DNA from: Yuukianura sp. NJ FZ-2021
Taxonomy: Eukaryota
Assembly (NCBI GenBank): GCA_046563655.1
Contig: CM102289.1
Location: 7,626,001-7,690,000 of the forward strand
Reading direction: 5' to 3'
Length of the DNA: 64,000 nt
Shown here piece by piece: positions 39,234-52,898 of the stretch; the first letter of the stretch is position 1; every line of letters starts with the position of its first letter. A program made the position numbers and the translations under genes. The notes below the pieces were generated by a model. That model had not been told where the DNA came from and ran no database searches. It saw only the letters and a program-made list of their open reading frames with translations.

Positions 39234-42200
39234 ATGGCTTTCTCGGGGCTGAGAAAGCAGATTAACAAGGCTAATCAGGTTAGTTTACTTTGGACCTTCG
39301 TTAGCATCGAGGTTAACGCCTGCTAATCATATTATAGAATCATCGGATGTGTGCGTCAAACGAGTATGACTGATTCTCAGAACGTCTTTGTTTTTGTTGT
39401 CACTCGAGCTGCGTGAGATTGTGTTGGATAAGATGGATGAATCTGATGGATGAGAAAGAGTCACATGATGAACTTTCAGTTTTCCCTTAAGTTCTGACGT
39501 GACTTTCCAGTTTTTTTGCTTGGGTGTTAAACTGCTTATGAGTGCATTTTCGTGTTAATGGGAACATGGGACCGGTTAGGGGAGAATGGACGTGGATGTT
39601 TATAAGAAAGTCAAATAGTAAGTTTGCTTCTGGATAAATGTTCCAATTGACAAAATGTTTTTTGTTTGAACTGTAATTTGATAGTACATGACTGAGAAGA
39701 TTGGCGGAGCCGAAGGCACGAAGCTCGACGATGATTTCGTGGAAATGGAGAAGGTTAGACTCATTGCAATTTGAGATTTTTGTTAACGGTCAATTTACAA
39801 GAAATTAATGTTCATTAATGTTTGTATTCCAGAGAACTGATATAACTTATGAACTGGTCGAAGATTTACAACTGAAGACTAAGGAGTACTTACAACCGAA
39901 TCCAACAGCACGGGCTAAAATGGCAGCAGTCAAGGGGATATCTAAGCTTAGCGGTCAAGCTAAGGCATCTACTTATCCTCAGCCGGAAGGAGTACTTGGG
40001 GAATGTATGACTACGTATGGCAGGAAGCTGGGAGATGATAGCTTGTTTGGTACGTAACGACTATGATAATTAAAAAAAGAATCCTGGAGTTTCATAATTT
40101 AGTTTAAGTTTTTGGTATTTAGCCCAATCACTCATGGAAGCCGGGGAGAGTCTGAAGCAAATGGCGGATATCAAGTACTCTCTGGATGACAACGTAAAGC
40201 AGAATTTCTTGGAGCCACTTCATCATCTCCAGACGAAGGACATCAAAGAAGTTATGGTAAGAATACAGTCAGTTAGATAAAATATCATGTCGACTAACAG
40301 TAAAACTACTATATACTAATTTTGATTTTGTTATGGCCAATCAGCATCATAGAAAGAAACTGCAGGGACGTCGATTAGATTTTGATTGTAAAAAGAGGAA
40401 GCAATCTAAAGGTACGGGTAAGCGCAAATACACTTTACTTTTACTACTTTTCTTTATAATTTTTTCAACAAGCACCGCGCCCCCTCTTCATGACTGCTCC
40501 TCAACCTCAACTCACTAACACCACTTCAACAGTTTTATAAAATAACCTACTTTCAATCAAGGTTAGTCGAGTATAGGCTAACAAACTCACCAGCCTAACA
40601 AACAGTTAACAATTTATCACTAAAACACTCTTGGACGTTGACTTTCTTTTTGGCGAGACAAGGCAACTTTCAAGTATGGTTAAGGTTTGGGAAGTACATA
40701 CTTGTAAATTTTGAGAGATCAAAATATGTCAAACAGGTTTTCGTTAATACTTTCTTGCACTATACTATGCACAACTCACACGCATGATTTTATTTAAGCT
40801 TTTTTGTACAATGCATGACTTTAATTTTTATTTTGGTTGACATTTTTTTCAAATGAAACTAAACTTAGCTCTACTCAAAAATCCGCAACCAAACCGAAAT
40901 CCGAACTCTTCCGACAATTTTTCCGGGAGCTCAGGATCCGTTTCATCCCACGGTAAAAAAATTTTTTTTTTCATTGATTTTTTGAAGTAACGTTCTGATT
41001 TTATTGAATTGAGATTAATTGGTTTGACTGTGGATTTAAGTCCGTTGGACAAAAATTTGGATTTAGAGCAGTTCTAGTTCTAATTATTCCAAAAACTTTT
41101 CGTGTTCCAAAAAAGTTTACGATTGTTCAAGTCATTTTTCTAAACAAATAACTCTCAAATGAATTGAAAACTGCTCCTCAAATGCGTTGTTAGTCTTATC
41201 CATGTTTATATTGTACATAACATTTTTTTTTGCAAAAACGTGACTCTTGCTTAAATCTATTTGCTTGAATTATCACTCTGATATAACCCAAAGCACGCTC
41301 AATTCTGTAAAAACAAGGTAACTTAAAACACGGAATTGGCATTGGGAAGTTGGTTTTACTTTTAAGGAAGGAATGCTAATGAACTTTGTTAGTGCAACAT
41401 TTAAACACGAATTAGTGTGAGATTGGATGATTCCTAAATCTTAGTTTTAGATATGCGCTATGAGAATTTTAAAAACTAAACATGGATTTGTTTTTTATTT
41501 TTTTTATGTTTTGGTTCTTGCCTGCCAATTTTTACAACGTGATCTTCAAAACACTAATTTACAAAAACAACGTTTAAATCGAATCGTTTGGAATGGAATT
41601 CTGTTCCTCTTCTTCGGAATTTTTCGTACATAATCTGGACTAGGATCTCATGTTGCAGATGATGAAATTAAGTTGGCGGAAGACAAATTTGCGGAGAGTC
41701 TTCACTTGGCACAAATGGGAATGCACAATTTATTGGAGAATGATGTAAGTCGTTTTTAAAAAGTTGTAAACTTATCTTCTAATTTTTTCCAAAGAAGTTT
41801 CCGTTTTTATAGCTTTTTGGTTTAAACTTTTTTTTAGGTGGAACAAGTGTCACAACTGTCGACGTTTGCTGACTGTCTCTATGATTACCATCGTCAGTGT
41901 GCTGAGATTTTGAAAAATTTGTGTGAGACGCTGGAAGAAAAGTATGCATTTTTATTACTTTGCATTTGGAAGCTATAAAATCCGATTTTGAACTTCATTT
42001 TTTTTGGTTTTTAGGAAGCAGGAAGCAGCTCGTCGTCCAAAGAAGGAGTTTCAGCCTAAAACTCTGCAAGATTTGCAACTTCACTTGGATTCTGGGGATG
42101 GAATCAATCATCATTCAAATGATGGCTTAAATGGTAGTCGATCTTGCGGTCCTCCACCCCCGTACTTCCCGCCTGCTCAACCTTACCAAGGCATGGTTTA

Positions 42201-43552
42201 GTTACCGTTTTACGCTTGTATTTGTTGTTCGTTTACAAAAGTTGCAAAAGTCCCGTTGTCTCAATTCCATGCCACTTTTGAATATTTGTCGCACCATATT
42301 ATTCATTTCCTGATCGCTCGTTTACCCATGACGCTCGTAATATTTTTTTGTTTTCTCTCCCTACGTGGCAAACTTTTCTCCCAAAGTTGTGAAAAATATC
42401 ATTTTTCGTTTGAGTTTGTGATGCTGGTAGTCGCCCGCTGAGAAAAAAAAAATCAATTTTGATACTCTCAGCTTCTCGTGCCCCATCTAAAAGTTGTGAG
42501 TTTTTAGTCCATGACTAATTTCTTTAAGATGCAAGGACATGGAAGAAATTTGATGAAACTTCATCATTTTCCCTGCTTTTAGTAATTTTTATGTTTTGAG
42601 TTATACGTGAAAATCCTTAACGTGACGCTATTTTTTAATATTAGATGTTCTGCTAGTTCCGCTAAAAACTTGTTGTGCTCATTTTCGCATCCCGTTTTTT
42701 TCTCATTTCGCTCTTCGCTTTCCCCCGAGAAACTAATTCATCTATTTACTTAATTTTCTCTTGAAAGTTTTAATTAATTGTGCTAGGCTCTACGCCAACG
42801 CGTTCTCCTATTCCTTCCCCTGGACATTCGAATCCCCAACAGGGGTGGGATCCACTCTTTTCTCCAGCAAATCCACCAAAGTCGCAAAATGGTATTATAA
42901 CACACACCTCTTTCTTCAATCTCTATCTTTAAAATGAACTTTGGCCTTAAATACTTGTGGCCTGTTGCTTTCGGTTGTCAATTGACTATACTTTTAATTA
43001 CCGTTGATTTTAATTAATCTCCGGAGTGTCATCTGTTGACACTCTAAGTTTCGGACGACATTCGGTTACAAAATGGAGTAAGATGCGGAGTATTTTTACG
43101 GCCGTTAAGTGACTACGATTTTATTAACGTTGGAATTGGATAGTTGGTTGCGACAATTCAGCTATACGCTTAGCACATAAGAAGAATAGCGGCAAATATG
43201 AAAAATTCAAAATTTTCGTTTTTTTTTGTAGCTTCGCCGTTGCCATCTCCGATGAAGTCCTCACCAGCGCGTTCTCCTACTAATCAAGGCGGATACTGTC
43301 AGGCACTTTATGATTTCGATCCAGAAAATGCGGGAGAACTCGGATTTAAGGTAAAGAGATTCGCAATTTTAGTTGGAATGGAAAAAATGAATAATTGAGT
43401 AACGCAGTTTGTTTTCTGGCTTTGTGTAGGAAGGAGACAAAATTACTTTGGTGAGTCGGATTGATGAAAATTGGTTTGAGGGAAGTCTCAACGGGAAGAC
43501 GGGATACTTTCCAGTATCTTACGTGCAAGTCGTCGTTCCACTACCTCAGTAA
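39234..43552 (+). CDS. EndoA: Endophilin A (N-BAR + SH3)
   Basis: [103 protein letters not shown]. Confidence 0.95.
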
Positions 43553-44804
43553 ACTGGTCAACACGTGAAAAGCGAAAGTAAAAAAACAGAAGAAGGTCAA
43601 GGTCACGCGGGAGCAAAAATGAACAATGAAGGAGGACAGTAGCGAGTTATTATTTGCAAAATTTATGATGTGCTTTTTAGAAAAACAGAAACGAAATTAC
43701 TAAGGTCCATTCGAAACGAAATGTTTGAAAAATTATACGTTTTCACTCTGTTTTTGTGGCTGTGTTGTTTAAGTTTACACTAATGGATTGAAACTTGTAA
43801 TTAAGTTAGTTCTTATGCACAAAACAGGACTGTATTAACTTGCAGGAGTTAAATGGATGTGTGTTACAATGGCGAGAGAAAGTTGGAAAAATTCAATAAT
43901 TTAAAAGAAATCTCCATCAAATTTTCAATTTAGACAATACGAATCTCGAAGGAAATTCAGAGGCTAAGGAAATCGTCTCCAAACTTTTAGAATTTGTTCA
44001 AAAATTGTACAAAGCTAAAAGTTGAAAGGCGATTGACTTGGACTTGAATTTATTCAGCCTAAAAAGTGTTTTAAGTAGTAGAGATTTTAAGAATATTGGT
44101 GTCTAAAGTCATAATTATAAAAATGTCGTGGCTCATATGTTAACTTTGAATTCTCTCTCGACAACACAACAAGGTTTTGGTGGTGCTCCAAGAGTCAATC
44201 GGGCCAACAGTGGGTTGTTGTTGACGATGTCCTAACCTTGGTAGTCTAGAAAATAGTAGTTTTTAGAAATCCTAAAAAATGCTAAAAACTAGAACCTTGA
44301 ATTCTAAAAAATTACTAAAAAGTACTAAATGTCGTCTCGTGTCATATTATACAAAATTAATATTAACGTAAACCTAATGATATTGCAGTTAATGTCTAAT
44401 TTTTTGCAGTTTAAGTTTTGATGATGTGAAATATGCTACAATTTGTTCCATTCCTAAACCTTCAACTGATTTTTATTCCAGAGCAATTTTAATCATTACT
44501 GTATTTTTAGTTAAATATTGCGTTAGCTAACTCAAGAGGAAGGGTTTGTTGTGTGTTGATGTCTACAAACGAGAAAATACGGTATTTGGTAGAAGTTCAA
44601 AAAATATACTTTATGGAATCAGTTAACACGTCCACAATTTCCAACGGTTAAGTTAAAACGTTAAGTTAAAGTTAGTCATTGTTAGGACTAGGAGTTAAGT
44701 TAAAAATTTGTCAATTTCAGTGTAAAATGGAACTTATGTTATACTTTTAGGAAAAGAAAACTTAAATCAAGGTTTTAATTGCCAAAAGTAGGTTTTTGCG
44801 TTGG

Positions 44805-44870
44805 TACTTGTAAGTAATACTTGCCAGTACATACTGGTAAGTAGTACTTGCCAGCAAATACTTGTAAGTA
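44805..44870. repeat. 27-bp minisatellite, about 2.5 copies
   Basis: TACTTGTAAGTAATACTTGCCAGTACA / TACTGGTAAGTAGTACTTGCCAGCAAA / TACTTGTAAGTA. Confidence 0.8.
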
Positions 44871-45123
44871 TAACACATATTCAAAACGATACCTTTAAAA
44901 ACACGAACACACATCAGAGATGTCTTAAAAAACGGAGAAAGTTTATGATTATGATTGTGAAATATTGGAAAGTAGAAAAGTTTAGGAATGGAAGACGGTT
45001 AAGTGTTTAAAAATGTAATTTAACATTGAAGTTGTTCTTGAAACTTATTCCTCCAAATGATCAATAAATTAATTAACTATTCAAGCAAATTTTACACAGT
45101 CTATGTGAATTCGGTTCCAAAAC

Positions 45124-45184
45124 TGTATTTCCTGGCTTATAACGTGGAGTAAAAATGTATTTGCTGGCTTATAGCGCGGAACAA
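45124..45184. repeat. Direct repeat of about 32 bp, 2 copies
   Basis: TGTATTTCCTGGCTTATAACGTGGAGTAAAAA / TGTATTTGCTGGCTTATAGCGCGGAACAA. Confidence 0.7.
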
Positions 45185-45679
45185 TGGAATTGTTATGCAT
45201 TTTTTGAGACAGGCGTCTGTCTGTTTTCTTTTCTTTTTTCGAATCTTGTTTGAATTTATGTTACAATGAACTTCATTTTGGGTTTTGCCAAATCTGCTGC
45301 CCACACATCATTAAACACTTCAAAAAATTATTCTCTCTTTGCCATTTGGCGTAACAGAGAATGGATTTTTGCAACTGGGAGTGAGACGTTATCACAAGAA
45401 TCGAATCTTTTCTATTGCAAAGACGACGCTTCCTCCATGTTTGTAAAGTGGGATGATTTTCTTATGCCCTGTTATGGTCAACGTACCCTCTCGTTTTGAC
45501 TTTGGTTCAGGTCACTTGCTCAAAATTATGCTAACTTGATAACATAAAGTCGCCAACGCAAGGTTTGGGAATCTTTTTGGTGGTTTTTGAGGTACATATG
45601 AACGAAATTGTGCCTAAGAAATGAATTTTTGCTGAAAAGTTTTAGTTTTGGGAATATTTTGCAATCCAGTGCCAGCGAA

Positions 45680-48600
45680 ATGTTTCTAGCAAATTATTTC
45701 GCGCTGCTTGTCCTCGGTGCTTTTGTGCAAAATGTCAACTGTCAAGATTTTGAAGGTAAGAAATTTTGTTTTTGAAAAATTAGTAGTTTTTTCTTAAAAT
45801 TTGGAAATGTAAATGTTTTGATCTTTGTAGATGTGCAGCCACTCCTTGTCGATACGCTGAACAGTCTCAGAACTTCAATTCTCAATCTGCAAAGAGAAGA
45901 GGCCCAACTTGTATGCTTTCACCAAAAAATTTTCCCAAAATCTAAAAACAAAAAAAAATTCTGTTTCTTTTAGGTAGCCGAGAAGGATGCACTGAAAGCG
46001 ATTTTGGCTGGGTGTGACTGTGGTAAGTTCGTTTAAAAAAAATGTAAATTCGATTTTTTTTTGGGTTTCTAATTTTTAAAATTCCGCGTGTCACAGAACG
46101 ACCAGATCCACTTTCTGCATGTCAAGCTTTTCCACCGCCGTGTTATCCAGGTATGAATATTTTTGAATGAATTTTTATGAACGAATTCTATAAAATTTCG
46201 GTTTTTGATGTTTTTTTTTCGTTTATAACAGGAGTATCGTGCCGCCCGCTTCCTGGAGGACGAGCTGAATGCGGCGCATGTCCCGAGGGCTTTTCAGGTA
46301 TGTAACGATATTTCAGTCAAGTTGCGTTAAACTTTGTTAGAAAGCAAAATTCGTTATTAAAATATTGACGTAAAAATGTAGGAGACGGACGGAGATGTCG
46401 CCCAGTTAGCATATGTATTCAGCGGCCCCCATGCTTTGAAGGAGTTCAATGCTACGACATTTCGACGGCACCCGGCTACCAGTATGTTTGTTTAAAAAAA
46501 AATCACTTTTTTTCTCTTCTGCGATAATACTTCATCTTTTTTTGTAAAATATAGGTGTGGTCCATGTCCACCAGGCTGGACAGGCGATGGAATAAGGTGT
46601 CGGCAGGAAAGAATACGCTATTGTGACAGCAGTCCATGTTACATTGGTAAGCATCAAATTTTAAACTTTTCTCAAGTTTCCTAAAGTTTTCTATTAAAAG
46701 ATTTCAAAATGAATTTTAGGTGTTCAATGTCACGAGATGGAACATGGTCATCGATGCGGTCCTTGTAAGATTAATTTTCAGTTGCTAACTAAAAATTCAA
46801 CGTACAGTTTTAATTTGTTTTTACTGAAATCCGTCAGGCCCACGTGGGTATACTGGCAATGGCGAGGACTGTAGACCAGAACGTCCAAGATATTGTGACA
46901 GAAATCCTTGCTACGCAGGTTAGCTTAACAGAAATTTAAAATTTTGAACATTTTTTAAAATTTGGATTCTCTTGTTTGAAGGTGTTCAATGCTATGAAAC
47001 GGAGAGCGGATACCGGTGTGGTTCTTGTAAGTATGAAAATTTTAGAAAAATTTAATTTCGTCAGTCAGTTTTTGTAACTTAAATTTTTATATAGGTCCAC
47101 AGGGCATGGAAGGTAATGTCAAATATTTTGATTGGTTTTACGATTGTTATTAATATTTTTCACTTTCTTCAAGGTGACGGACGTCAGTGTCGCCCGGAGC
47201 GTCCAAGATACTGTGACAGAAATCCATGCTACGCAGGTTAGGCAAATATAATACCATTTTCGAACTTTTGTGCTAACCAAATGGTATTTAAACCCAAAAT
47301 GTTTCAATTGTTAGGTGTTCAATGCTACGAACTTGAGGGTAGCTACCGATGCGGTTCATGTGAGTACAGACCATTTAAACTAAAAAATTCATTCAAAATT
47401 ACGTAGTAGTTCAAAATTACACTGATTTTTTCTGTGAAATATAGGTCCAGACGGGATGGAAGGTATTAAAATTTTACCAGTTTCAAAATTACTGAATCTC
47501 TCTTGTTCATCAAAAAAAAAATTCAACGCAATGATCCGTCAAACTTAATTGGAAATTGGGAAACAATTAGTGAAAAAGTTTTCTTTTTAACCAATAGGTG
47601 ACGGGCGCCAATGTCGTCCCCAGCGCCGCAGACACTGCGACAGCAACCCTTGCTTTGCAGGTTAGTTAAATCGCAAATTATATCGAAAGCGACATAAACT
47701 TCTTACCTTGATGTATCCATTAGGTGTCCGATGTCACGAAACGGAAGGTGGCTACCGCTGTGAGCAGTGTCCAGTAGGCTACGAGGGAGATGGCGAAAGA
47801 TGTCGAGAAATCCGCGCATGTGCTTCAAATCCATGCAGTCCAGGTTGGTCCCCACGGCAGAACTTTAGTAACACGTTGTAGAATACCCGAGAGTTAACTT
47901 TTGACCTTGAATCAAAGGTGGACAGTGTTATGAGCGACCACCGCACGGTTACGAATGTATCTGCAACACTCCAGGCTACGAAGGGGACTCCAGAAGATGC
48001 TGGCGTGTCAAGCCGTGTGACAACCAGGACCGAAGACCCTGTGCTGCAGGTACTACATGTACCAAACAATGTACCCCGACATATTCCGTCTTCCAGCTCG
48101 GCAAACCGTTCGCTCTTCCCAGCCACTCAACTAACAAATAACAAACAAAAGAAGACGAATCATGAATCTCCTTTGCTTTTCAATACTGTTGTAAATATGA
48201 ATTTAATCTTGGGAATTTGGGCAAATAAAACTTACTTTTAATCGCTCCTTCCTTAAGACTGTCCGAGCAGCATCAATCTTCCACCGACGACATTCAAGCG
48301 ACATCAGCTCTACAATTGGCTTCAGTTTTCCTAAAATTTCATTTAAAAAAAGCAAAATTAGAATTTGTGGTATTATAATTAAATTTTGACTTGCGCAGGC
48401 GTCCAGTGCAGAAACACTGAAGTTGCTCCGTACTTCATGTGCGGTGAGTGTCCACACGGAAGTTCTGGAAACGGCATTACTTGCGTCGATATCAACGAGG
48501 TTAGTGGCTCAAAAGTAAAATATCACCTCAAAATATTGAAATACTGCCAATACTGGAATACTGCCGATATTAGTACTGTTCTTATTTCAGTGCGATGAAA

Positions 48601-48884
48601 ATCCTTGCGATCCCCGTGTTCGTTGTATCAACCTGAGTCCAGGCTTCCGCTGTGAAAACTGTCCCGCTGGATTCACTGGTCACCGTGGATTTGAGGGAAT
48701 CGGAATCGAGTTTGCTCGACGAAACAAACAGCGTTGTCAGGATATTGACGAATGCTTGTATGATAACGGTGGATGCGACAAAGACACAATGCGTTGTGTC
48801 AATACGGAAGGATCATACAAGTGTGAGTACTGCGAATGGAAAGAAACTTCTCCAGCACGGAAGTGGCCTTTCAGTTTCAGTTAA
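45680..48884 (+). CDS. COMP/thrombospondin-like secreted protein: signal peptide, coiled coil with CxC, about 10 EGF repeats; no type-3 repeats or C-terminal domain in window
   Basis: About 19 short exons. [60 protein letters not shown]; repeated PC(Y/F)xGVxC..CGxCPxGxx[42 protein letters not shown] (group-B thrombospondin EGF). The 3' end is uncertain: splice donor at 48823 or stop at 48882-48884. Confidence 0.85.
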
Positions 48885-49036
48885 AAACTGAAACTTTTAA
48901 AACTAATTCCAGTTAAAAACGTATCGCCTTTACCACTGCCAAATTCTAACTGACTAATTTTAACACTAATAGCTTCAAAGTAAAACGTAGGAACATCGAA
49001 CGTTTTGGAATTAAAACTTAACGAATTTTATTATTG

Positions 49037-50521
49037 CTACTGTACCGGCTGAAGAAGACTAGTGACGCTTGCGTTAGTACTTTCAGTTCTATTCTTGCTA
49101 AAAATCATCAGTAAAATCAAGACGGGAAGATGAATCAAAGAGTATCGGAAGAGTTTTCTCGAACTTGCACTGTCCTTGTTTTGGTAAAACTGGTACGCTG
49201 AAATATGAAACAATTTTAGAACAAGTTTTAAGAGAGAATTAAAGTTTCAACTTTACCTAAATATACTGCATATAAGTTGACTGGCAGTGACTCGATTGGA
49301 AAGAACCAAGAAGTTAGGCCTGCTGCGGGGGCTAAAGAAGAGAGGACGACTAAACTTGCGCTATATCGGAGGCAAGTACGAACACACAAGTCAGGATGAG
49401 TCACGGACATCATTCTGTATCCAGCTCTCTTGTAGTCGGCTCTCAAATTCCAGGACAGAGAGTTGAAATGGACGAATTGCCAAGAGAACAGAATTCCAGC
49501 AAGAAGGAAACCGCCAGCACTGAGGGTTCCTTCCGCAGCAGCCCAGCCCATCAATGGCGGTAACGCACCGACTAGAATGAGAAACCACATTAATGACTCA
49601 TGTTAATTTTTAATTTAGTAAGCATAAATACTTACCGACGGATCCCACCCATGTATTTAGAATACTCTGTCGCTTCAATGGGGTGTAGATGGAGGTGTAA
49701 AGAAATAAGTTTGTGGCTCCGAGAACAGCAGTCAACGGGTTTGCCATGTAAGTCAGCATTAGTAACCCAGCGGAAGCGGAGGTCAGAGCAAACCCAACAG
49801 CATGCGGAATGCTAAAAATGTGTGAATGGTGAGCACAATCATAAAGTACTTGATGAAATATATCCTAGTCCTACCTTAGTAGCTCTCGCACAAGAACTCG
49901 TCCCTTCGTCCTAATCATTTCCGAGTCATATGGTATCTCTACGATCTGGTTCACAGTGTTTGCTCCAGCACTTAGCAGCAACGTTCCAACGGCCGTTGCG
50001 AAGAGAATACTTGGATCGAAAACTCCAGGAGCCATCATGTATCCAGCGACACTCGTGGACATTACTAACGAGCTAAGTCTGAATTTGGATAGACTCATGT
50101 AGTAAGCCGGTAGTTGACTAAACTTGAGCTTTTCTTTCACCAATACTGCTGGGTCAACGGTGGTCACGAGTTTCAGCGGATGTGACGAAATGGGATGGTA
50201 AGCGATGTTGGGCTGATCCCTTTCTTCAGCAGCCTCTCCATTTAAAGTTGACGTTGGCGTCAAATGTGTCGAACTGGGAGTTGCTACGCAGTCGAGTCCA
50301 GCTGATGCAGCAGCAGCATTCTCTCTTGGTTTTGAAACTAGTGTCTGCAGTAATCTAAAAATAAGAAGAAAAGAATCAGGGCATACCAGTCGAGACCATA
50401 CTTGTTTTTGTTTATTTGTTAAGTGTATTGCGAACCTCAATTGTTTTAGGTAATAAGTACTGGTGTTAAGTTTCAGTAGCCTTCCTTGATGTCTTCCGAG
50501 ATATAGAACAGTTCTAAACAT
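49037..50521 (-). CDS. COX10: Protoheme IX farnesyltransferase, mitochondrial
   Basis: [89 protein letters not shown]. Confidence 0.95.
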
Positions 50522-51082
50522 TATGGCGAATACTGCTTAACTTCTTCCGATTACAAGCAGTTCCTTAATACCCAGAGCCGGAGTTTTAGTTTATGGTTCA
50601 GGGCATTTCGGAATATTGTAAAATTCAATTGATATCACGAATATGACCCCTTACTTTTCAGATTCGAAGATTACATTAGATATCAATTCAGCTGCTATTG
50701 GCATTAAATTAAGTTACTACCTAATAACTTATTAGCTATTACTAAATAAGAATAAGAATTCTCAACTGATAACCACAACAAATGCCCTTTTGGAGCACAT
50801 GTATACCGAACCAGTCAACCAGTGAACAAAAACACATGCAAAATCAAAATCAAATTCACTTTTTAAAAATGTTCAAATCCCTCGATTTCCCGCCTCCGTC
50901 TCGGTCTCTTGGACAAACACAAAAGCGATGAAAAATCTTCGCTACTTTTTCAAATAATTAATCAGGCTTTGCATTTGCCGTAAAATTAGATGAATTAAAA
51001 AATAGAATTAGTTATATTGATAACAATTAAACTGTAAATAGTACTTGCCTTAATCGTTCTATAGTGTAGGGAATCCGTTAAG

Positions 51083-52358
51083 CTAATACACAGCTACGTT
51101 TGAGCCAAATTCGGGAAAAATTCTTAATGTCATTGCTTGAGGTGCATCTGATGCCAAAATCAAGAACGTGGAGACACTGTCGTCTCGAACTGTGAGAAAT
51201 GACATGGCGGTGATATTGGGATGGACGGGCCATTCGAACGATTGTAGAAAGTCCATCCCTGGGAAACTGAAAAGCCGAACTTTGGAGTCCCATCCATGAA
51301 CCAGTATCTTGTCTTTGTCAGGATGCAGTAAAATCCTATGTACTCCAGGATTCGGGATACCTTTTGCTTTTACTAATCGAAGTGATATTTTAGCTGATGA
51401 GATTTCAAGGGTTACGAGAACAAGGACGTTGGCTCTTGTTCCCACCAAAAAATGTCCACTGACTTCATCCCCAGCACAGCAGAGGGGAATAGGCATGTTT
51501 TCGTCGGACGTCTCGTGACATTGTCGTTTTGCGTTTTGAACAGTATCGCTCTTAAGGAGGTCGACTTCTTCTAATATTGTAGGACGTTGATCCGATAAAT
51601 CAACTAGGCTCAGTTTCCCACTCTCACTGCCCACAAGAACTAAGTTGATGTGACGTTCAAATGCTGTGAAGAACGTGATATGAGTAATGTTTAGAAATTT
51701 TAAACGTTTGAGCGACCTGGAAATGGGATCAACTTGAATCAAGCTATCTTCATCGTCTATGTACTTCGTTTCATTGTTTCCGTGGCAAAATGGTGTAGAA
51801 AATCCGGGATTGGCTCCAGGCGTGTACTGGATTAAAGTCCATCTTACAATTCCAGACGACGAACACTCTGACAGAACCTCAACAAAGAGTCCAAAACCCC
51901 TCGAGTACACCAGAAATGTAATTTGATCGTCAATCACACGAACGGCGGCCCAAGAGCTACTGGAATGCCCCGTTTGCAGTGACAACACGCTCCTGCAAAA
52001 CAGCTATTAGAAAAAGAACAATGTGTGAATCCTCAACGTCCATAATAGTAATTTGAAAATTCGTATGGTTAAAAATAGCTTACTCCTACTCCCCAAATCT
52101 GAATCAATCCTTCATCCGTAAGAGTTCCAAAAAACGACGAGTATGGCTTCATCATCGGTCCTAAATGTTCGTGTGTTTTTGAAATCCTTTGAATAATATC
52201 CACTTCCACATCAAATATGAACCTGACAACACCCTCCGGTTGAAGTGTCACCAATTTCTGAAAATTGAATCATTAGTCAGTCATAGTCTTTACATAAACA
52301 GGTTTAAATTGGCCTTAAACTAATTTGTTACTTTTTGGTTTCTTACTTTTGGAGCCAT
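51083..52358 (-). CDS. Divergent WD40 protein, GNB1L/Asa1-like
   Basis: 3 exons: MAPK, then KLVT..GLIQIWGVG, then a long last exon. LVGSESGKLSLVDL and PGVHRILLHPDKDKILVHGWDSKVRLFSF resemble the GNB1L C-terminal motif. Confidence 0.65.
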
Positions 52359-52466
52359 TCTCAAAAAATTCTAACGTTGTCTACGAAGAGTTCACCAATA
52401 AGTCACACAATTCCACCGTCTCAGTGATATAGTATGTAACGTAGCAAAGAGGTCAAAGTTCAACCA

Positions 52467-52474
52467 TATCGATA
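52467..52474. promoter_or_regulatory. DRE element TATCGATA upstream of the WD40 gene
   Basis: Perfect palindrome about 110 bp upstream of the ATG at 52358; known housekeeping promoter motif in insects. Confidence 0.5.
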
Positions 52475-52898
52475 ACACTAGCAACAACAAAAACGATTTC
52501 TTCAATTAAATCAATGCAAAACTGCTGTCATTCGCACATCGCACGTGGACTTTCATCAAAACCAAAACACCAGAGCTGTTCAGCTTTGTGTGAATTTACC
52601 ACCAGAATTTACACGTGACGGGAGCGTCTAATCTATTAAACAAGCTGTACCGATAGATGGCGGGAGCGTCTGTATTTGAAAATCTCGTCAAAATTTAAAA
52701 TTTCCAACATCTTTGAAATTTACACATTCCAAATACGTTCCTTAATGCCAAAAAGTGATATATGTAGAAAATTGCGCAGTGTTTAATTAACCTAAAGAAT
52801 AAATCATAGCTGCCTTCTTTACACGGGAGGCTTATTAAGCATTAGTTCCTAAATTAGTAATAGACCAACGATTTTTCAGACAAATTCTGTTCAGAATT

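Noticed and set aside
41294..41317. Possible 24-nt stop-containing (poison) exon in endophilin A
   Set aside because: Weak acceptor and no independent support.
44805..45184. Short direct repeats as a CRISPR-like array
   Set aside because: Only 2-3 adjacent copies, no spacers, no cas genes, eukaryotic context.
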